Source of the DNA: Gammaproteobacteria bacterium
GTDB lineage: Bacteria > Pseudomonadota > Gammaproteobacteria > Arenicellales > Poriferihabitantaceae
DNA length: 64,000 nt
Reading direction: 5' to 3'
NCBI GenBank assembly: GCA_030432755.1
Contig: JAUILZ010000003.1
Coordinates: forward strand, 195,863-259,862
Part shown: positions 23,391 to 31,477 of the stretch, one piece after another
Position numbering within the stretch: position 1 is the stretch's first letter
How the letters are laid out: the number at the start of each line of letters is the position of its first letter
The notes under the pieces: model-generated
Told to the model about the DNA's origin: nothing
Databases searched by the model: none
The model's input: only the letters and a program-made list of their open reading frames with translations
Position numbers and translations under genes: made by a program

Positions 23391-23568
23391 CCCCAAACTA
23401 TCCGAAGGGACTAAAAATAAATATAAGGGGCTTTGGGCGCGGAAGCCCATTGGGACTACGGAGGGCCCACGTTCATCATCTTGTCACACTGAAGCGGCAA
23501 CCATCATACCCGCCCTTCAGGTTCTCTTGCTATGTTCGAAAGCGGGCGTACATGCAGTTTTCTAGCCA

Positions 23569-24396
23569 TCAGAAAACGTAAATCACCCCGATACCTATCT
23601 CGCCCTCGTAGTCGTTTCGAGAAACCGGGCTGTCAGCTATGTCGCCACCGTAGTACTCGTACAGTACTTCACCGAACATTTGCCAGTTCTCGTTGAAGTT
23701 GTACCTGTAGTTGTAGTTGATTCCGATCGATCGAAATCCACTGTCAAGATTGGTGGGTGGCAGCATTGACGCGGCGGATTGGGTAGCATTGACGCCAAAG
23801 TCGCTGTTGGCTTTCTCACTGTCGTGAAACACGGCCACCAAAGCAATTTCTGAGCCGGATCCGTCCGTCTGTGTTCCGAATCGATGACCGTATGCGATCA
23901 AGGCAAGATTACCATTCGGGCCAGATACTAAACGGCCATCTATCCAGTTACGCCACGCACCACTGAGGTCACGACGAAATTGCAGCACCACCTCGGCCCC
24001 TTCATCCTGGTCTCCGAGCCCATCCAGATCCCCATCGCTTGAATCGGATTCCTCTCGACCTTCACCAAATCCGAGGGATGCTTCCAACAACCAGGAGTCG
24101 GACACGAGCCCACGCCAACCAATGGCTTCTCCCGCAAAATAGTAAATGTTGTTGCCGCTACGCCACTGCAGAGCTCCCGCGGGATCAACTTCAAAATCGA
24201 AGTTGTCAGAACCTTCATACTCGGATTCATACTCAACACCAAGCCCCAGTCCGATACCCCAGCCATCACCATCTGTAAAATCGTCAAGAGAAGGAAGAGG
24301 TACCAGCACCGATCTGCTCTCGTCCGCCAACAAGTTGCCTGCGAAAGAAAGTGCCAGCAAGGGCAGTATTAGAAAAATTGCTTTTGATAACTTCAT
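23569..24396 (-). CDS. MipA/OmpV-family outer-membrane protein
   Basis: Signal peptide MKLSKAIFLILPLLALSFAGNLLA; C-terminal ...YGGDIADSPVSRNDYEGEIGIGVIYVF (DSP(I/V) motif, terminal Phe). Lies in the AT-richer islet. Confidence 0.8.
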   Translation of the reverse strand: MKLSKAIFLILPLLALSFAGNLLADESRSVLVPLPSLDDFTDGDGWGIGLGLGVEYESEYEGSDNFDFEVDPAGALQWRSGNNIYYFAGEAIGWRGLVSDSWLLEASLGFGEGREESDSSDGDLDGLGDQDEGAEVVLQFRRDLSGAWRNWIDGRLVSGPNGNLALIAYGHRFGTQTDGSGSEIALVAVFHDSEKANSDFGVNATQSAASMLPPTNLDSGFRSIGINYNYRYNFNENWQMFGEVLYEYYGGDIADSPVSRNDYEGEIGIGVIYVF

Positions 24397-24472
24397 TTGG
24401 CTTTCCACCGATATAGAAGGAGTCGGAATCAGTCAGATCGGCTCAGACTACAAGCAGGGTGTTCAAATTTTC

Positions 24473-24745
24473 GTGAAAGTTATTGCCGGTGTCTCGGCGC
24501 CAGACCTGTCTCGATGCCATGGCGTGTCGGAGAACACGATCTACCGCTGGAAGTCAAAGTTTGGGGGGCATGGGGATCAGCGCGGCCAGGCGGTTGGGAG
24601 CTGGCGCAAGTCAGCCCTCATCGATCACCGGGCAGGACACCTCCTGCTGTATATGTAAAAGAGGCTGCCTGATATGATCAGTCGCAACACCACGCCATGC
24701 TCGAGTTTGGGGATCCAGTCAGGTTTACCGGCAATCAAGAGCTGG
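24473..24745 (+). mobile_element. IS3-family insertion-sequence relic (orfA HTH fragment, frameshifted, joined to an orfB C-terminal tail)
   Basis: VSAPDLSRCHGVSENTIYRWKSKFGG then, after a 1-nt shift in a G-run, GMGISAARRL (typical OrfA ...KYGGM..SEA.RL). Downstream, NTTPCSSLGIQSGLPA resembles the OrfB tail YN..RPHSSLG...PA.F. No intact transposase is present. Confidence 0.5.
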
Positions 24746-24938
24746 CATCCGAATCATGGGCCGTCAGTGGGGGTATGGCGTGCGCCCTTCAGTGAACGTT
24801 AAAGCTAAATCAGATATTTATTCTTGGTATTGATTCCACGCCAACCGGAATTCACACAATAATCACAAAATGATGACAAAACTGCCACTTTACTGATCGT
24901 AACCTACGCCCAATTACATGATACCAGGTTGAAACAAA

Positions 24939-25655
24939 TTGCAAAGGCCACTGGAAATCAAATCGTTTCGAATTTTGATTGTCGATGATAATCGCGATAT
25001 CTGCGAAAACATCGGTGATTATTTGGAAGCTAAAGGACACATCGTTGATTTTGCATTCGACGGTATCAGTGCGCTGCATTTACTATTAACCAAAACTTTT
25101 GACGTTGTTGTTCTGGATTTAATGCTGCCGGGAATGGACGGGCTGACAGTATGCCAAAAAATTCGAAATGAAACAGATAAAGAAATTCAGATAATCATGT
25201 TGACAGCGAAGGATACTCTTCCAGAAAAAATTGAAGGATTTGAAGCAGGTGCGGATGATTACCTCGTAAAGCCGTTCGCGTTGCAAGAGTTATATGCGAG
25301 GATTTTAGCTATCACAAAACGAGGACATTCCTCTACTGCACCAATGTTGATTGTTGGAGACTTGACTCTTAACAAGCACACATTGGAAGTGAAACGTGCA
25401 GGGAAAAAACTGATTTTGAATCCAATCTGTTTGAGGATATTGTCTCATCTCATGGACGCTTCACCATCCGTGGTTACGCGGGAAGACCTTGAAGTGCTTC
25501 TCTGGGGCGACAAACGGCCTGATTCCGATGCGCTCCGAACTCATTTATATAAGTTACGTCAAACTATTGACAAACCTTTTAGTCGACCGCTATTACACAC
25601 CGTGCATCGGATTGGCTATAGATTGGCAGATATTGAAGATAGTGTTTCAGAATAG
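24939..25655 (+). CDS. OmpR/PhoB-family response regulator
   Basis: Receiver domain (ILIVDDN..., DVVVLDLMLPGMDG, LTAK) plus a winged-helix C-terminus (LRTHLYKLRQTIDKPF...HTVHRIGYRL). TTG start. Confidence 0.9.
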   Translation: MQRPLEIKSFRILIVDDNRDICENIGDYLEAKGHIVDFAFDGISALHLLLTKTFDVVVLDLMLPGMDGLTVCQKIRNETDKEIQIIMLTAKDTLPEKIEGFEAGADDYLVKPFALQELYARILAITKRGHSSTAPMLIVGDLTLNKHTLEVKRAGKKLILNPICLRILSHLMDASPSVVTREDLEVLLWGDKRPDSDALRTHLYKLRQTIDKPFSRPLLHTVHRIGYRLADIEDSVSE

Positions 25656-26928
25656 CCTGCGACTGAGAGTTATATTCATTGTTGGAAGCTTTGCAGCCGT
25701 CTTAAGTATTTTATGGGGATTTGTAGTATTCGCAGGAGTTCGATTAACGGAAGACTGGGTGCTAACTAATCTTCTACGCAATACGGCTGAGGATATTGCT
25801 GGTAATACCGCATCATTGAACGAAGGAATCCCTCTAGGTATAGAAAAGCGCATACAAAGTTACCAGGCGGGCGACAAATTGCCGTCATACCTTGATGCCT
25901 GGCTGCACGAGAAAAATAGACCGGAGGGCTACTATGAACTGTCGGACCAGGACGTTCACATTGCAATTGTCACACCGGACGATAAATCCACTCCAATAGT
26001 GGTTGTCTTCGATGTGTCGGGCATTGAAGCGGATTCGTCCCACGATAAATATTGGGTGGCCGGATTGCTACTTGTGGCCCTGCTGATTACAGTTTGTACT
26101 ACAGTTTTCGCCGCATCACTTGCCACTAAAGCAATCTCACCGGTAATTAAACTTTCCAATGCAGTGAAGGACATTAATCCGGAAAATCTCCAGGACTATG
26201 ACTGGAGATCGATTGAGGCCGCCAGCTTCACCGATGATGAAGTGGGTCAACTAGCAAGAATAATCGAGAAAACGTTGAAACGCGTAGGAACATTTATTGA
26301 AAGAGAACGTTTTTTTACAAGCGCCGCCAGTCACGAACTACGAACTCCGGTAACAGTAGTAGATGGCGCGCTTGAGTTACTCATGGGGCTTGAGCTTCCA
26401 AATAACATCTCCAGGATTGTTTCCAGAATTGATCGGGCAACAAGCAACATGAAAAACACCATTCAATTGCTTTTGTGCATGTCCAGAGAGGACAGCAACA
26501 AACAATTGTCTGAAATGTTTTCAGTAAATACATTAGTCGAACAGGCTGTAAAAGAGCATCAATCAATTGTAACCAGTAAAAGCCTCTCCATAAACTTTAG
26601 AACAGTTGCTGAGCCAACCCTGATCGGAGATCCGCAAGCATTTTCCATAGTTCTCAACAATATTATTAGAAACGCTATAGAGCATGCTCCTGGTGACTTG
26701 AATTCCATCGAGATTGTTGTTGAGCACAAGATGGTCTTGGTATCAAATCAGATTGACAGCAACTTGCGCTTGTCAGGAAGTCAGCAAGAGAAACCGGAAC
26801 CAACGAAAGATGACAAGGGATATGGACTAGGTTTGAGTATCGTAGAGAAGCTTTGTAAGAACAATCATTGGCTGTTCAGGCTTGAAGTCAACGAAAGTGC
26901 AGCTTTAGCTACTTTGTCCTGGAACTAA
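25633..26928 (+). CDS. Sensor histidine kinase (two TM segments, periplasmic sensor domain, HAMP, HisKA, HATPase_c)
   Basis: H-box FFTSAASHELRTPV, N-box IIRNAIEH and G-box GYGLGLSIVEKL. The start is set at TTG 25633 (or GTG 25642), overlapping the regulator stop. Confidence 0.85.
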   Translation: MKIVFQNSLRLRVIFIVGSFAAVLSILWGFVVFAGVRLTEDWVLTNLLRNTAEDIAGNTASLNEGIPLGIEKRIQSYQAGDKLPSYLDAWLHEKNRPEGYYELSDQDVHIAIVTPDDKSTPIVVVFDVSGIEADSSHDKYWVAGLLLVALLITVCTTVFAASLATKAISPVIKLSNAVKDINPENLQDYDWRSIEAASFTDDEVGQLARIIEKTLKRVGTFIERERFFTSAASHELRTPVTVVDGALELLMGLELPNNISRIVSRIDRATSNMKNTIQLLLCMSREDSNKQLSEMFSVNTLVEQAVKEHQSIVTSKSLSINFRTVAEPTLIGDPQAFSIVLNNIIRNAIEHAPGDLNSIEIVVEHKMVLVSNQIDSNLRLSGSQQEKPEPTKDDKGYGLGLSIVEKLCKNNHWLFRLEVNESAALATLSWN

Positions 26929-27041
26929 TTCTCTAATAATTTCAGTTTTTCACAAAATCTTCACCGAACTATTACAAATCAGTGATAGCACGGTTGTCAT
27001 ACTACGTTCTTCAGTACACCAATCCTAATAGGAGAACAGGT

Positions 27042-28163
27042 ATGAATCTTATCAGTACGAGTCGCCGCAATTTTTTGACTCGCGCGGCGGCGCTTGGCGC
27101 TGGTGCGGGATTGAGCGTACCCGCCATTATTTCCAACGCTTCGGCTTCAGAGCCATCGGCCATCTCGTTGCGAGACCAGGACCTGCCGTTCATAGCCACA
27201 GAAGAGACCTATACCACGGAAGAACTGATTGCGCTGAACGCGATCAACGAGGATCACGTCGAGTACCTCAGGGAAACCGGTCTTGCCGACCTGGGTTCTG
27301 GCCGCATCGGCGCTATGGACGAGGCGGGGATCAACGTTCAGATCCTCTCCGCACACACGCCGGGCGTGCAGAATCTCGCCGGTCAGGAAGGCATCGACTT
27401 TGCGTATCGTCTCAACAGGATGATCGCCGATGGCCCGATGACCACGTATCCAGGGCGGTACCAGGCCTATGCGACCCTGCCGCTGCAGGACCCCGAGGCA
27501 TCGGCGGACGAACTCGAACGCGCTGTCCGCGAAGACGGCTTCGTTGGCGCCATGACCAACGGGTTCGTTGGCAGCAAGTTCCTCGATCACCCGGATTTTG
27601 AGCCCGTACTGGCGCGTGCCGAGGCGCTTGCAGTGCCGATCTACCTGCATCCGGGTTTCCCACCCGATGAGGTCTTCAAGATCTACTACCGCATCACCCG
27701 TCCAGAATATAACCAGGAATACCAGGACTACATCTTCAGTGGCTCAGGATATGGGTGGCACCAGGAAGTCCTTACCCAGTGCCTGCGATTGATCCTGACC
27801 GGAGTGTTCGACAGATTCCCCAGGCTGCAGATGATCATAGGCCACATGGGAGAGGGCCTTCCGTTCTACTACGAGCGTATCGTGGGAGATCTGGGAGAAA
27901 TGACCGAGAATTCACTGAACAAGCCCGTCGGGCAGTACTTCAATGACAATTTCTGGTACACAACCAGCGCATTCTTCCAGGACGAATTGCTTCATCTATT
28001 GCTGAGGTACATCAGCGTGGATCGGGTCATGTTCGGAACCGATTACCCGTTTGCCGACATGAAGCAAGGAACCGACTGGTTCCGGGCAGTGGATCTGCCT
28101 CGCGACGCCAAGGAAAAGATTGCATTCCGCAACGCAGAAAAGCTGTTCGGGGTAAGTGTTTGA
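27042..28163 (+). CDS. Tat-signal amidohydrolase-2 (ACMSD/decarboxylase-like) family protein
   Basis: RBS aggagaa; twin-arginine signal STSRRNFLTRAAALGAGAG...ASA; amidohydrolase_2-like motifs IYLHPG, IGHMGEG and GTDYPF. Confidence 0.8.
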   Translation: MNLISTSRRNFLTRAAALGAGAGLSVPAIISNASASEPSAISLRDQDLPFIATEETYTTEELIALNAINEDHVEYLRETGLADLGSGRIGAMDEAGINVQILSAHTPGVQNLAGQEGIDFAYRLNRMIADGPMTTYPGRYQAYATLPLQDPEASADELERAVREDGFVGAMTNGFVGSKFLDHPDFEPVLARAEALAVPIYLHPGFPPDEVFKIYYRITRPEYNQEYQDYIFSGSGYGWHQEVLTQCLRLILTGVFDRFPRLQMIIGHMGEGLPFYYERIVGDLGEMTENSLNKPVGQYFNDNFWYTTSAFFQDELLHLLLRYISVDRVMFGTDYPFADMKQGTDWFRAVDLPRDAKEKIAFRNAEKLFGVSV

Positions 28164-28214
28164 CGGACCGGCGCCGGACCTTCGTTATCTTTTTAATCGT
28201 ACAGGGTTCAGATT

Positions 28215-29156
28215 ATGACCAAGCAACATATTCTTCTATATTCGCTGGGTAGTGCTTTGATTTGCTTTTCACATTTTGCATTAGCACTGGATAGATCCAC
28301 TGCCCAGGACTTGATATCCAAACAATATCCAGGCGCATTCGTTACGGAAACTGAGCCCTTCATGAAGGGGGGCGTACAAATGTATGAAGTTGAGTTCAAA
28401 TTTGACGGTAAAAGCTATGAAGCGATACTCACCGCCGATGGTGAAGTTCGTAGTGTTGAAGAAGATAATTTTTCCAATGGGAACTTTTTGTATTTAGGGC
28501 TCTACGTCGAATCAAGTCGAAGTCTTTACGAAGGTGTCGGTACAGAAACAGAAGCTTACCCTGGCATATTTGGTCAATACGGTAATTTTTGGTTTTATGA
28601 TACAACAGTAGGATATTCACTTTACGACGACGGCAAATTCAATATCTCGCCAATTGTGGAATTTAATTTTGATGACGGGTATGAAGAAGGCGACAGCACC
28701 ATCTTTACCGGCCTCGAAGATCGGGATGACTCAATCGACACTGGAATACAACTTAGCTACGATTTTGATGCATTTAAAGTCACTGGCTCTATCCTCGCCA
28801 ATATCAGTGACTCGCATGGGGGTCACACTGCTGAAATTGGAATCGACCGCGAGTTTGTAGTTAGTGACACATTCACAATAACACCAGGTTTTTCTGCGAT
28901 CTATCGAAGTGATGATTACAACCAGTATTACTTTGGTGTGAATCCGGAAGATGCGACAACATTCCGACCCGCTTACCAGTCTGACGCGGGGTTCGACTAC
29001 GAAATTGAAGTTGCAGCCAATTGGTTCTTCAGCGAAAAATGGGCACTTAGAACTGAATTGGAGTACGAAATCTACAGCGATGAGGTAACTGACAGTCCGC
29101 TAGTCGATGAAACCGACGGAATTGGCATCACTTTCGGTCTGTTCTACGAATTCTAG
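28215..29156 (+). CDS. PepSY-like domain fused to a MipA/OmpV-family outer-membrane barrel
   Basis: Signal peptide, then STAQDLISKQYPGAFVTETEPFMKGGVQMYEVEFKFDGKSYEAILTADGEVRSVEED (PepSY pattern). A MipA-like body follows, ending ...SDEVTDSPLVDETDGIGITFGLFYEF. Confidence 0.75.
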   Translation: MTKQHILLYSLGSALICFSHFALALDRSTAQDLISKQYPGAFVTETEPFMKGGVQMYEVEFKFDGKSYEAILTADGEVRSVEEDNFSNGNFLYLGLYVESSRSLYEGVGTETEAYPGIFGQYGNFWFYDTTVGYSLYDDGKFNISPIVEFNFDDGYEEGDSTIFTGLEDRDDSIDTGIQLSYDFDAFKVTGSILANISDSHGGHTAEIGIDREFVVSDTFTITPGFSAIYRSDDYNQYYFGVNPEDATTFRPAYQSDAGFDYEIEVAANWFFSEKWALRTELEYEIYSDEVTDSPLVDETDGIGITFGLFYEF

Positions 29157-29207
29157 CCAGGTATTCGAGTGCTACCTGAAGTTTGACAATCGAATTGCGG
29201 GGTACGG

Positions 29208-30668
29208 TCACCCGTAGCGAGGGTATCGTTCCGACAGCGAGTCACCCAGGCCCACGACTTCCTCCACGAGTAACTTAAGGTCGCTACGCCGGGTACGGTG
29301 GTTGTTGATCGCCACCCGCAGGCAGTGAACGCCGCGTACCGTGGTATCCGATAACACCGCGGTGCCCTCTTCCTGAAGGCGCAGCATTATTTCCGTGTTC
29401 ACGGATTTCATCGTTGCGTCATCCATGCCGTCCCTCCGGTAACGGAAGCAGAGGATGTTGATCGTGGCGGGCGCCACTGTTTCCAGACAGCCCTCCCTGG
29501 CCACCAGCTCACCAAGGTACGCCGCCTGGTCGATGTTCTGGTCGATCAGGCGGCCGAATTTCTCCACGCCGTGCTCCTTCAGGGCCATCCAGACCTTGAG
29601 CGCGCGGAAACCACGCGAGGTCTGGAGGCCCATCTCGTGCAGCCAGTTGGCGGAGGCGATACCTCTTGGTGTTTTTTCCAGGTACTCGGGGGTCACCGCG
29701 AACGTTTCTCGATGGGCCCTGGCATCGCGGACCAGGACGCAGCCGACGTCGAACGGGGCGTGGAGCCACTTGTGTGGATCCAGCGCGATGCTATGGGCCC
29801 GTTCGATTCCCGCCACCCGCCAGCGGTTGCGCGGCGCGATGGCGAGCAGCGCGCCGATACAACCATCCACGTGGAGCCACAGTCCCTCTGCCGCGGCGAG
29901 GTCGGCGAGGGCTTCGAGATCGTCGATGGCGCCAGTATTCACCGTGCCCGCGCTGGCGATGATGCAGGCGGGCTGGAAACCGGCAGCGCGATCTTCACGA
30001 ATAGCGTCTGTCAGCTCCTCAATATCCATGCGCAGTTCGCTATCGGCGCTGACCTGGCGCAGCGCGCTGTTGCCGTGTCCCAGCGCCTCCAGCGCCTTGC
30101 GATGGCAGCTATGGACCTGGTTGGATGCGTAGAAGCGCAGTGGCCGCGGAATCGCCGCGACTCCGAGCTCGCGTACGTCCACCCCGGCATGCACGTTGCG
30201 CGCCACCGCCAGGGCGGTGAAGTTGGCCATTGAACCGCCGCTCACGAGGAGGCCGCTGCTGTCCTCCGGCATGCCCGTCATCTGCCGGCACCAGTCGATC
30301 ACCTGCAGCTCCAGGTAAGCCGCCGCGTGGTTGCCGCCGCCGAGATTGGAACCCTGCACCGCGGCGAGGAAGTCCCCCAGCGCACCGGTGTAGTTGCCCG
30401 CGCCCATGTACCAGGCCCAAAAGCGCGGATGGACGTTTCCCATGGGATAGCGCATCACGTTGCGTATGACGGCGTCGTACACCCCATCCGCACCCATTCC
30501 TGATACGGGCAGCGGCTCTGCGAAGAAATCCCTCACGTCATCCGGCATCTCCTGCCAGGCCGGACGTTCATCCACCTCTCGCAGGTAGGCAATAGCGTCG
30601 TCGATGATTCTGTGGGAAAGCTCAGCGAGCGTGGCCCAGTCTTCGGGATCGAGAGTTTCCTCGTCCAT
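29208..30668 (-). CDS. Group II pyridoxal-phosphate-dependent amino-acid decarboxylase
   Basis: HPRFWAWYMG..., SGGSMANFTAL, and LDPHKWLHAPFDVG (PLP-lysine motif DPHKW). Confidence 0.9.
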   Translation of the reverse strand: MDEETLDPEDWATLAELSHRIIDDAIAYLREVDERPAWQEMPDDVRDFFAEPLPVSGMGADGVYDAVIRNVMRYPMGNVHPRFWAWYMGAGNYTGALGDFLAAVQGSNLGGGNHAAAYLELQVIDWCRQMTGMPEDSSGLLVSGGSMANFTALAVARNVHAGVDVRELGVAAIPRPLRFYASNQVHSCHRKALEALGHGNSALRQVSADSELRMDIEELTDAIREDRAAGFQPACIIASAGTVNTGAIDDLEALADLAAAEGLWLHVDGCIGALLAIAPRNRWRVAGIERAHSIALDPHKWLHAPFDVGCVLVRDARAHRETFAVTPEYLEKTPRGIASANWLHEMGLQTSRGFRALKVWMALKEHGVEKFGRLIDQNIDQAAYLGELVAREGCLETVAPATINILCFRYRRDGMDDATMKSVNTEIMLRLQEEGTAVLSDTTVRGVHCLRVAINNHRTRRSDLKLLVEEVVGLGDSLSERYPRYG

Positions 30669-30775
30669 TGCGTTCCGTTACGTGGCAAACAGCGCTGGAA
30701 ATATACGGGATGCCGGTGTTCGGCAGGCGGCGCGACCGTTCTTATGAGGCCCCTGAGGTCCTCGACTGTCAGCAT

Positions 30776-31339
30776 TCAATCGCCGGCGATGTCCACCAGG
30801 AATTCCTTGCAGCTCTTGCTGGCGAGATCGAATTGCCGTCGATTGGTGTGGTTGACATGGCGACCATAGGTATGAACAGACAGCGTCATCCGGTCGGTTT
30901 CGTTGACCACCTTGTGGATACCGCCCGTCTTCATGCAGACGAGATCGCCCGCGGCTGCGACGAAGTCGTCCATCACCTCGAGCTCGGCGTGTCCCGGCCG
31001 GCTGCCGTCGTCCACCCGCCGGTAGCGGGTGTTGTGCTCCTCACCTTCCAGCCCTGCCACCACCGCCCAGGTGCCGTGATCATGGGGCGGGGTACCCCGA
31101 CCCGGGAGCCAGTTCACAACCAGCACCGCAAGGGAGTGATCAGGCTCCTCGTGCAGCAGGTGCACGCCGAATCCCTGCGCCTCGTTGCATTCGTAGTACT
31201 CCGGGCGAACCCAGGTCCGGTCCGCCACCAACCGCTGCGCCAGCGGACCGACGCGGTCGATGATGGCGGATTCATCGGTCACATCCCGGGTGACACGGCG
31301 CAGGTCCGAGACGTAGTCCTGCAATTGGTAGGTCGTCAT
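30776..31339 (-). CDS. Cysteine dioxygenase type I-like cupin (thiol dioxygenase family)
   Basis: 3-His site layout: PPHDHGTWAVV...GGIHKVVN...LSVHTYG. Overall colinear with bacterial CDO / 3-mercaptopropionate dioxygenase proteins. RBS gggagg. Confidence 0.75.
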   Translation of the reverse strand: MTTYQLQDYVSDLRRVTRDVTDESAIIDRVGPLAQRLVADRTWVRPEYYECNEAQGFGVHLLHEEPDHSLAVLVVNWLPGRGTPPHDHGTWAVVAGLEGEEHNTRYRRVDDGSRPGHAELEVMDDFVAAAGDLVCMKTGGIHKVVNETDRMTLSVHTYGRHVNHTNRRQFDLASKSCKEFLVDIAGD

Positions 31340-31477
31340 GTTCCGCCTCCCTGAATTTCCTGGTGTGTCGGCGATAGTAGCAGATGACGAGGGTGCTGCC
31401 GAAGCGGCGCCATCCGTCTCCAGTTCACACCCGTACGTCGTTTCCCTGCGCCGCTCCCGTCACCGGGAGGTTTCGGC

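Noticed and set aside
25489-25632. Longer histidine-kinase start overlapping 167 nt of the response regulator.
   Set aside because: The extra residues are out-of-frame regulator sequence. TTG 25633 / GTG 25642 precede the first TM segment and give the usual small overlap with the regulator stop.
23391-29207. Intact integrative element with integrase and att direct repeats at tRNA-Leu.
   Set aside because: No integrase or recombinase ORF is present, and I could not find a copy of the tRNA 3' end near 29.2 kb by eye. Only an IS3 relic remains. I therefore call it a decayed islet, not an active element.
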